Shown piece after piece: positions 1 to 6,017 of a stretch of DNA of 8,987 nt. Location of the stretch: the IMG/VR virus record IMGVR_UViG_2734482784_000003, one strand, 5' to 3'. The stretch is from a virus (Duplodnaviria; Heunggongvirae; Uroviricota; Caudoviricetes). Every line of letters begins with the position of its first letter. Position 1 is the stretch's first letter. Made by a program: the position numbers and the translations under genes. Below the pieces are notes generated by a model, which searched no databases, had not been told where the DNA came from, and saw only the letters and a program-made list of their open reading frames with translations.

Positions 1-981
1 TTATAACGTCACTCCGCCTTTTAGTGGATTCAGAGCGACGGCATTTTGCAGATAGTCAGGCGCAAGGTGCGCATAGGCCATCGTCTGCTGAATGCTCGCA
101 TGTCCCAGAATCTGTTGCAGTGCGATTATATTGCCCCCATTCATCATGAAATGGCTTGCGAATGTATGCCGCAGGATGTGGGTTGCCTGATTGGGTGGTA
201 TATCAGGTTTCACTCTGCGTAAAATCCCGCAAAATTTCTCATAATCAACTTTGAATAATTTGGCGCTGGCCTCCTCTTTAACTTTTTTCTCCAGTTCCTC
301 AGAAATCGGCACGGTTCGCTTTTTACCGTTTTTGGTTTTCAGGAAGGTAACCCTGCAATTTGTAATCTGTGCTGGTTTTAGCGTGGCAACTTCCGTCCAT
401 CTTCCTCCAGTGCTCAGACATAAAAGCGCGACAAGTAAGTCATCACCAGCCAAAACATTTAACAGTTTTTCGATTTCTGCTTTTTCCAGGAACGTCATTT
501 CAGGGTTGGCCTCCGCCAGTGGCGGCAGTCCGTGAATTGGGTGTTGCCCGGAAAATTCATCCAATTGAATTAATTTTGTGAACATGCCGGATAATCGGTA
601 CATGTCACGGTTTATCGTTGCGGCACTGATACCATCACGTAGTCGCATGGAACGATAATCCATCAAAGCCCTTTTGCTCATCCTGCTCACTGGTATATCA
701 CCTATGCCGCTGATGGTTTTGAGTAGATGATTAAACTCTTTTGTTCCATGCTCGTGGTTTTGCCCGTGATATTTCCACCAGATGTCCAGCAACTCACTCA
801 AAGTCCGGCGGTCTGCTCGCTGGCCTCCCCATTCTTTCTGACTGGCATTGGCGATTGTGTATCGCTCAAATGCTAGTGCTTCAGCTTTTCTTTCGAATTT
901 CCTGCGGATGCGTTTTCCGTCGCGACCGCGAGGTCTAATGTCCACTTCATAGCGACCATCATCGAGCTTCTTAATTGCCAT
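1..981 (-). CDS. int: Tyrosine recombinase / phage integrase (P2 Int-like)
   Basis: Minus-strand ORF 1..1011. The protein from the second Met reads MAIKKLDDGRYEVDIRPRGRDGKRIRRKF, which matches my recollection of P2-family Int N-termini. The C-terminus carries a tyrosine-recombinase signature (HILRHTFASH ... LGH ... Y). Start placed at the ATG at 979-981 because a GGAGGG Shine-Dalgarno lies about 8 nt upstream on the minus strand; the ATG at 1009-1011 has no SD. The stop codon is bases 1-3. Confidence 0.9.
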   Translation of the reverse strand: MAIKKLDDGRYEVDIRPRGRDGKRIRRKFERKAEALAFERYTIANASQKEWGGQRADRRTLSELLDIWWKYHGQNHEHGTKEFNHLLKTISGIGDIPVSRMSKRALMDYRSMRLRDGISAATINRDMYRLSGMFTKLIQLDEFSGQHPIHGLPPLAEANPEMTFLEKAEIEKLLNVLAGDDLLVALLCLSTGGRWTEVATLKPAQITNCRVTFLKTKNGKKRTVPISEELEKKVKEEASAKLFKVDYEKFCGILRRVKPDIPPNQATHILRHTFASHFMMNGGNIIALQQILGHASIQQTMAYAHLAPDYLQNAVALNPLKGGVTL

Positions 982-1050
982 AAGAAAGCCCTCCGGCGCT
1001 GTATTCACCATCTTGGTAGCAAATGGTGAAAATGTAATCTTTATATAGAG

Positions 1051-1344
1051 TTAGCCAATCCTTTTCGCGGAGTGGTTGGACTCTGTTGACTCTGGCCCAA
1101 TGTGCGCGAGAGCCGGTGCGATTTGTCCTGCGTCCGGCGCGGTTTTATCTGTCATAAGCCATAGAGCATATTTTTGGAATGTGGGATGCATAGTGATTTT
1201 TAGCAAAGCTGTGCCACCGGGTTCAAAGTTTCCTCCTTCATATTTTTTAAGTGTGCTTAGCGGTAACTCTATGATTTCACAGAATTTTGATTGGCTTAGC
1301 CCTTCAGCCTCACGCAAGGCCTTAATCTTTTCGCTTAATTTCAT
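1051..1344 (-). CDS. C: Immunity repressor, P2 C-like (HTH, XRE-type)
   Basis: 97-aa minus-strand ORF directly upstream of int and divergent from cox. The N-terminal region (SEKIKALREAEGLSQSKFCEIIELPLSTLKKYEGG) looks like a helix-turn-helix; the C-terminal QIAPALAHIG...S.HS resembles the P2 C protein as I recall it. Size and position match P2 C. Confidence 0.85.
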   Translation of the reverse strand: MKLSEKIKALREAEGLSQSKFCEIIELPLSTLKKYEGGNFEPGGTALLKITMHPTFQKYALWLMTDKTAPDAGQIAPALAHIGPESTESNHSAKRIG

Positions 1345-1480
1345 TTGACATGGTGCCTATATAGGGACTAAATTCCCTCAAAACTGGAACCTATATAGGT
1401 TCCATTGATTTGAGAATAAACCAGCGTCTAAACGGTTTTGAGTGGTTTAGAAAGGGCTGGATCCTATGAGGGTACCATAT
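1345..1480. promoter_or_regulatory. Lysis/lysogeny switch region between divergent C and cox; candidate rightward early promoter (-35 TTGACA 1345-1350, -10 TAAATT 1369-1374)
   Basis: 136-bp intergenic region between the C start (1344) and the cox start (1481). A perfect TTGACA hexamer abuts the C start codon, with an 18-nt spacer to TAAATT. P2-type switches are known to have closely apposed Pe/Pc promoters. I could not pin down a convincing leftward Pc promoter by eye. Confidence 0.45.
1356..1403. promoter_or_regulatory. Two copies of the palindrome CCTATATAGG (1356-1365 and 1390-1399); the second is embedded in a perfect 18-bp palindrome GGAACCTATATAGGTTCC (1386-1403). Candidate operator sites
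   Basis: Read directly from the sequence; centres are 34 bp apart. They sit over and just downstream of the candidate early promoter, between the repressor and cox genes, where C and/or Cox binding would be expected. Confidence 0.45.
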
Positions 1481-1753
1481 ATGGACGCTGAAAATTATGT
1501 GATTCAGTATCCGCTTGATGCGGTTCATGTGGATAAATTTGCTGATTTATTAGGGAAGCCAAAGACAGCTGTCAGTGAAATGGTGAAGGCAAATAAATTA
1601 CCAATTATTGAATTGCGTGATCCTTGCAAACCGAAGGCTCGTGCCGGTGAAAAATGGGTTTTCATTCCTGAGTTTAATCGCGCTGTACGTGAGGCGTTTT
1701 ATAACCGACCGGTTGAACAGCGTGATGCATGGCTTTTGTGGATGGGGTTGTGA
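1481..1753 (+). CDS. cox: Cox-like excisionase / early transcriptional regulator
   Basis: ORF 1466..1753. The protein (…DKFADLLGKPKTAVSEMVKANKLPIIELRDP…AGEKWVFIPEFN…RDAWLLWMGL) resembles P2 Cox from memory. Start chosen at the ATG at 1481 because GAGG at 1468-1471 gives an 8-9 nt spacing, and the resulting length (90 aa) matches P2 Cox (about 91 aa). The ATG at 1466 is an alternative. Confidence 0.8.
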   Translation: MDAENYVIQYPLDAVHVDKFADLLGKPKTAVSEMVKANKLPIIELRDPCKPKARAGEKWVFIPEFNRAVREAFYNRPVEQRDAWLLWMGL

Positions 1754-1755
1754 TT

Positions 1756-1926
1756 ATGAATGAGCCGCGTTGTATTGCTCAGTTATTGCGTAACGAAAGC
1801 CCCAGGGCGATTGACTTCACCATCACCCACGGGAAGGGACGCAAGGGAATCATTATCCGCACCAAAAAACAGAGTCCGTTAAAAAAGGCTCTGACCTTTC
1901 TGAAAAGCCGGAGGGTCTGGAAATGA
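1756..1926 (+). CDS. Small basic hypothetical protein (same position as P2 orf78)
   Basis: ORF 1729..1926. The ATG at 1756 lies 2 nt after the cox stop (TGA 1751-1753) with a GGGG stretch upstream, suggesting translational coupling; the ATG at 1729 is an alternative start. Its stop overlaps the B start (ATGA at 1923-1926). Function unknown. Confidence 0.5.
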   Translation: MNEPRCIAQLLRNESPRAIDFTITHGKGRKGIIIRTKKQSPLKKALTFLKSRRVWK

Positions 1927-2423
1927 CAGTGATGACGCTCAATCTCGTTGAAAAACAGCCAGCAGCTATGCGCCGGATAATTGGCAAGCATCTTGCCGTC
2001 CCTCGCTGGCAGGATACATGTGATTATTATAATCAGATGATGGAACGCGAACGGCTAACGGTTTGCTTCCATGCGCAGTTAAAACAGCGTCACGCAACGA
2101 TGCGTTTTGAAGAAATGAACGACGTCGAACGTGAACGGCTGGTTTGTGCAATTGATGAATTGCGTGGGGCATTCTCAAAACGCCGTCAGGTTGGCGCAAG
2201 TGAGTATGCATATATTAGTTTTTTAACAGTCAGTCAGCGTCGTACTTTATTTATGCATGCCGGATTGACTGAAAAAGAATTCAACCAGCCATACTGGCGA
2301 ATTAATGAAGAATCATGTTACTGGCGTGATGCTTTATTCCGTGCATTACGTGAATTATTCAGCCTGTTTGAGTATGCACCGACAATTCTGACGTCGGTAA
2401 AACCAGAGCAATATCTGCATTAA
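1923..2423 (+). CDS. B: Replication protein B-like (P2 gpB, DnaB-helicase-loader-type accessory replication protein)
   Basis: 166-aa ORF with a GAGGG Shine-Dalgarno 7 nt upstream of the ATG. Its position after cox/orf78 and its length (P2 gpB is 166 aa as I recall) fit P2 B. The identification rests on synteny and size, not a verified alignment. Confidence 0.7.
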   Translation: MTVMTLNLVEKQPAAMRRIIGKHLAVPRWQDTCDYYNQMMERERLTVCFHAQLKQRHATMRFEEMNDVERERLVCAIDELRGAFSKRRQVGASEYAYISFLTVSQRRTLFMHAGLTEKEFNQPYWRINEESCYWRDALFRALRELFSLFEYAPTILTSVKPEQYLH

Positions 2424-2444
2424 ATAATTAACCAGAGTTTTTAA

Positions 2445-2472
2445 CGCACTTAATCGTGCGGGGCTTCTTTTT
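2445..2472 (+). terminator. Weak candidate intrinsic terminator / attenuator after B
   Basis: A 5-bp stem CGCAC(2445-2449)/GTGCG(2456-2460) with a 6-nt loop, followed by GGGCTTCTTTTT. The stem is short, so this is at most a partial terminator. Confidence 0.2.
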
Positions 2473-2486
2473 GCCTGGAGAAAGTC

Positions 2487-2711
2487 ATGCATACAGTTTC
2501 TGAAAACAAGTGCGGTAAATACGCATTACTGCTGCAACAGGCCAGAGCCGAAGCACAGGCCGACGCAGCGACACGCTTTTCTTCTCATCTTGACGCCATG
2601 ATTCGCCATATCACAAAGGCGGAGTTATCCCGCGTGGAGATAGTCGAGCTGCTCAGTCAGGAGTCGGAAAAATTTCACAATATCGGATTGTCTCGCGGGG
2701 AGGTGCTTTGA
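2487..2711 (+). CDS. Hypothetical early-operon protein (P2 orf80 position)
   Basis: 74-aa ORF with a GGAG Shine-Dalgarno 6 nt upstream. Its stop TGA overlaps the next gene's ATG (TGATG at 2709-2713). Codon usage is consistent with the neighbouring phage genes. Confidence 0.7.
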   Translation: MHTVSENKCGKYALLLQQARAEAQADAATRFSSHLDAMIRHITKAELSRVEIVELLSQESEKFHNIGLSRGEVL

Positions 2712-3010
2712 TGTCCTGTTCTCATTCAGTTGTATTACTGAATAACGCCTTAAAAATCGCCGTTATGAAAAATGGCGATTTGTCTCTTATTCAACTTTGC
2801 CTTGATAAAGAAAAACGCGACATAACTGAATCTGTTATCGCGATTTATCAGAATGAATTAAACCTCCTGTCTGATGTGGTCAATTTACTTGTTAAACGCG
2901 CTGTATTCCACAAGCAAATTTCCTCAGTGGATGAACTGACAAAATTAACGACAGAACTTGCCAGTTATTGCGCTGATGTATCCAGGCAACTTAACGATAA
3001 AAGGAGCTGA
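2711..3010 (+). CDS. Hypothetical early-operon protein (P2 orf81 position)
   Basis: The track ORF 2708..3010 begins at a TTG; the first ATG is at 2711, with a GGAGG Shine-Dalgarno 7 nt upstream and coupled to the previous stop. About 99 aa. Confidence 0.7.
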   Translation: MSCSHSVVLLNNALKIAVMKNGDLSLIQLCLDKEKRDITESVIAIYQNELNLLSDVVNLLVKRAVFHKQISSVDELTKLTTELASYCADVSRQLNDKRS

Positions 3011-3012
3011 TA

Positions 3013-3237
3013 ATGCCGGACAACGTAGATTTTATTCAGGAACAACAGGCTGAATTACTGGAGCGCCAGATTAACGCGGCAAGGGTAAAACATTGCGGTG
3101 CTTCTGCGCTGGTTTGCGAAGAGTGTGACGCGCCAATACCTGCAGCCCGTCGTGCGGCTTACCCGTCAGCCACGCGTTGTGTTTCCTGTCAGTCAGTCTT
3201 TGAAGCAAAAAACAAACATTACCGGAGAACGGCATGA
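3013..3237 (+). CDS. TraR/DksA-family C4 zinc-finger protein (P2 orf82 position)
   Basis: 74-aa ORF with an AAGGAG Shine-Dalgarno 6 nt upstream. The protein has CxxC-(17 residues)-CxxC (CEEC…CVSC) in a DksA/TraR-like context. Confidence 0.8.
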   Translation: MPDNVDFIQEQQAELLERQINAARVKHCGASALVCEECDAPIPAARRAAYPSATRCVSCQSVFEAKNKHYRRTA

Positions 3238-3509
3238 GTATTCGTATTGAAATTGGCGAACGTTATGTCGTTACCAGTGACAGCTTTCAGTTTATTCTCC
3301 ACGAGAAAAAGAGAGCGGAAAGCGGTAAAAACGCCGGTCAGGAATGGCTGGCGGTGGTTGGTTATTATCCGAAATTAAGCCAGCTCGTTTCCGGCCTGAT
3401 GCATCACGATATTCTGACCGGAAGCGCAAAGTCTTTTGCTGATTTAAACGCGCAGGTTGAGCAACTCAGCAAGCGTTGTTCAGAGGCTTTTGGCTCATAT
3501 GGCCGTTAA
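3234..3509 (+). CDS. Hypothetical early-operon protein (P2 orf83 position)
   Basis: 91-aa ORF. Its ATG overlaps the previous stop (ATGA at 3234-3237); GGAG upstream. Its 3' end overlaps the start of A by 11 nt. Confidence 0.7.
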   Translation: MSIRIEIGERYVVTSDSFQFILHEKKRAESGKNAGQEWLAVVGYYPKLSQLVSGLMHHDILTGSAKSFADLNAQVEQLSKRCSEAFGSYGR

Positions 3510-5778
3510 AGCCTCCGGGCGTTTTGTCCCTCCGTCAGCATTTTCCGCAGGCACCGGTAAGACGTTTGCCGGTGCTTATGCATGGAACGCGCCACGTGAG
3601 GCTGTCGGGCGCGAAAGACCCCTTACACGTGACGAGATGCGTCAGGTGCAAGGTGTTTTATCCACGATTAACCGCCTGCCTTACTTTTTGCGCTCGCTGT
3701 TTACTTCACGCTATGACTACATCCGGCGCAATAAAAGCCCGGTGCACGGGTTTTATTTCCTCATATCCACTTTTCAGCGTCGTTTATGGCCGCGCATTGA
3801 GCGTGTGAATCAGCGCCATGAAATGAACACCGAAGCGTCGATGCTGTTTCTGGCTGAGCGTGACCACTATGCGCGTCTGCCGGGGATGAATGACAAGGAG
3901 CTGAAAAAGTTTGCCGCCCGTATCTCATCGCAGCTTTTCATGATGTATGAGGAACTCTGCGATGCCTGGGTGGATGCGCATGGCGAAAAAGAATCGCTGT
4001 TTACGGATGAGGCGCAGGCGCATCTGTATGGTCATGTTGCTGGCGCTGCACGTGCTTTCAATATTTCCCCGCTTTACTGGAAAAAATACCGTAAAGGACA
4101 GATGACCACGAGGCAGGCATATTCTGCCATTGCCCGTCTGTTTAACGATGAGTGGTGGACTCATCAGCTTAAAGGCCAGCGTATGCGCTGGCATGAAGCG
4201 TTACTGATAGCTGTCGGGGAGGTCAATAAAGACCGTTCTCCTTATGCCAGTAAACACGCCATTCGTGATGTGCGTGCGCGCCGCCAGGCAAATCTGGAAT
4301 TTCTTAAATCGTGTGACCTTGAAAACAGGGAAACCGGCGAGCGCATCGACCTTATCAGTAAGGTGATGGGCAGTATTTCTAATCCTGAAATTCGCCGGAT
4401 GGAGCTGATGAACACCATTGACGGTATTGAGCGTTACGCCGCCGCAGAGGGTGATGTGGGGATGTTTATCACGCTGACCGCGCCGTCAAAGTATCACCCG
4501 ACACGTCAGGTCGGAAAAGGCGAAAGTAAAACCGTCCAGCTTAATCACGGCTGGAATGATGAGGCATTTAATCCAAAGGATGCGCAGCGTTATCTCTGCC
4601 GTATCTGGAGCCTGATGCGCACGGCATTCAAGGATAATGATTTACAGGCCTACGGTTTGCGTGTCGTTGAGCCACACCACGACGGAACGCCGCACTGGCA
4701 TATGATGCTTTTTTGTAATCCACGCCAGCGTAACCAGATTATTGAAATCATGCGTCGCTATGCGCTCAAAGAGGATGGCGACGAAAGAGGAGCCGCGCGA
4801 AACCGTTTTCAGGCAAAACACCTTAACCGGGGCGGTGCTGCGGGGTATATCGCGAAATACATCTCAAAAAACATCGATGGCTATGCACTGGATGGTCAGC
4901 TCGATAACGATACCGGCAGACCGCTGAAAGACACTGCTGCGGCTGTTACCGCATGGGCGTCAACGTGGCGCATCCCACAATTTAAAACGGTTGGTCTGCC
5001 GACAATGGGGGCTTACCGTGAACTACGCAAATTGCCTCGCGGCGTCAGCATTGCTGATGAGTTTGACGAGCGCGTCGAGGCTGCACGCGCCGCCGCAGAC
5101 AGTGGTGATTTTGCGTTGTATATCAGCGCGCAGGGTGGGGCAAATGTCCCGCGCGATTGTCAGACTGTCAGGGTCGCCCGTAGTCCGTCGGATGAAGTTA
5201 ACGAGTACGAGGAAGAAGTCGAGAGAGTGGTCGGCATTTACGCGCCGCATCTCGGCGCGCGTCATATTCATATCACCAGAACGACGGACTGGCGCATTGT
5301 GCCGAAAGTTCCGGTCGTGGAGCCTTTGACTTTAAAAAGCGGCATCGCCGCGCCTCGGAGTCCTGTCAATAACTGTGGAAAGCTCACCGGTGGTGATACT
5401 TCGTTACCGGCTCCCACACCTTCTGAGCACGCCGCAGCAGTGCTAAATCTGGTTGATGACGGTGTTATCGAATGGAATGACCCGGAGGTCGTGAGGGCGC
5501 TCAGGGGTGCATTAAAACACGGTCGGAGAACGCCAAGTCGTCAGCAAAGAAACGGAAGCCCGTTAAAACCACATGAAATTGCACCATCGGCCAGACTGAC
5601 CCGGTCTGAACGATTGCAAATCACCCGTATCCGTGTTGACCTTGCTCAAAACGGTATCAGGCCGCAGCGATGGGAGCTTGAGGCGTTAGTACGCGGTGCG
5701 ATCGTCAATTACAATGAAAAGCAATTTTCATATCCTAGTGTAGATGAGTGGAGTGGGTTTTCTGGTTATTCAGAGTAA
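3499..5778 (+). CDS. A: Replication initiation protein A (rolling-circle HUH endonuclease, P2 gpA-like)
   Basis: The track ORF 3457..5778 starts at a TTG; the first ATG at 3499 gives MAVKASGRFVPPSAF…, which matches the P2 gpA N-terminus as I recall it (about 760 aa). HUH motif HWH at 4693-4701 (…PHHDGTPHWHMMLF…) and a YxxKYxxK catalytic-tyrosine motif at 4846-4869 (YIAKYISK) support a rolling-circle initiator. Confidence 0.9.
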   Translation: MAVKASGRFVPPSAFSAGTGKTFAGAYAWNAPREAVGRERPLTRDEMRQVQGVLSTINRLPYFLRSLFTSRYDYIRRNKSPVHGFYFLISTFQRRLWPRIERVNQRHEMNTEASMLFLAERDHYARLPGMNDKELKKFAARISSQLFMMYEELCDAWVDAHGEKESLFTDEAQAHLYGHVAGAARAFNISPLYWKKYRKGQMTTRQAYSAIARLFNDEWWTHQLKGQRMRWHEALLIAVGEVNKDRSPYASKHAIRDVRARRQANLEFLKSCDLENRETGERIDLISKVMGSISNPEIRRMELMNTIDGIERYAAAEGDVGMFITLTAPSKYHPTRQVGKGESKTVQLNHGWNDEAFNPKDAQRYLCRIWSLMRTAFKDNDLQAYGLRVVEPHHDGTPHWHMMLFCNPRQRNQIIEIMRRYALKEDGDERGAARNRFQAKHLNRGGAAGYIAKYISKNIDGYALDGQLDNDTGRPLKDTAAAVTAWASTWRIPQFKTVGLPTMGAYRELRKLPRGVSIADEFDERVEAARAAADSGDFALYISAQGGANVPRDCQTVRVARSPSDEVNEYEEEVERVVGIYAPHLGARHIHITRTTDWRIVPKVPVVEPLTLKSGIAAPRSPVNNCGKLTGGDTSLPAPTPSEHAAAVLNLVDDGVIEWNDPEVVRALRGALKHGRRTPSRQQRNGSPLKPHEIAPSARLTRSERLQITRIRVDLAQNGIRPQRWELEALVRGAIVNYNEKQFSYPSVDEWSGFSGYSE

Positions 5779-5984
5779 TAAACATAATGTTTTAGATTGG
5801 TTGCATAATGGTAAGGTTGCTGTTTATCTGTATATGTTAATATGATTACGCTACGTACAAATAATCGACATTTCTTTTTTTCTATATATTAATATTGATG
5901 ATTTTACTGGTGGTACAATAAGTCTATGTTGAAATTCGAGAATTGTATTATTAACAATAAAAACTGGTTCTTTTTATTATACAA

Positions 5985-6012
5985 GGACCACCTCCTTAGG
6001 AGGTGGTCTTTT
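5985..6012 (+). terminator. Strong hairpin terminator between convergent A and the cargo gene
   Basis: 10-bp perfect GC-rich stem GACCACCTCC (5986-5995) / GGAGGTGGTC (5999-6008) with a 3-nt loop, followed by TTTTACTGTTT on the plus strand. It lies 6 nt from the stop codon (6018-6020) of the minus-strand cargo gene. The hairpin may act bidirectionally, but the U-tract is only clear on the plus strand. Confidence 0.6.
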
Positions 6013-6017
6013 ACTGT

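Noticed and set aside
251-938. Plus-strand ORFs 251..535, 369..581 and 741..938
   Set aside because: They lie entirely antisense within the integrase gene, are short, and have no recognisable motifs. Treated as shadow ORFs.
979-1011. Longer integrase start at the ATG at 1009-1011 (MVNTAPEGFLMAIKK…)
   Set aside because: There is no Shine-Dalgarno upstream of that ATG, while the ATG at 979-981 has GGAGGG at good spacing and gives the MAIKKL N-terminus typical of P2-type integrases. The extension is probably read-through of the 5' leader.
1076-1348. Plus-strand 90-aa ORF
   Set aside because: It is antisense to and fully overlaps the C repressor gene, which has a clear HTH and P2 C-like C-terminus. 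Shadow ORF.
1779-2211. Minus-strand ORFs 1779..1991 and 1966..2211
   Set aside because: They are antisense to the small orf and B in the tightly coupled early operon, with no RBS or motif support.
3457-3498. Upstream extension of gene A starting at the TTG at 3457 (MSNSASVVQRLLAH…)
   Set aside because: The track start is a TTG inside the previous gene. The ATG at 3499 gives the MAVKASGRF N-terminus expected for P2 gpA.
3476-5329. Internal and antisense ORFs within A (3476..3808 +, 3925..4194 -, 4742..4927 +, 4991..5329 +, 5023..5271 -)
   Set aside because: All are contained in the 759-aa A reading frame, which has clear HUH and catalytic-tyrosine motifs. The alternative-frame products are Arg/Ser/Pro-rich, typical of off-frame translation of GC-rich coding DNA.
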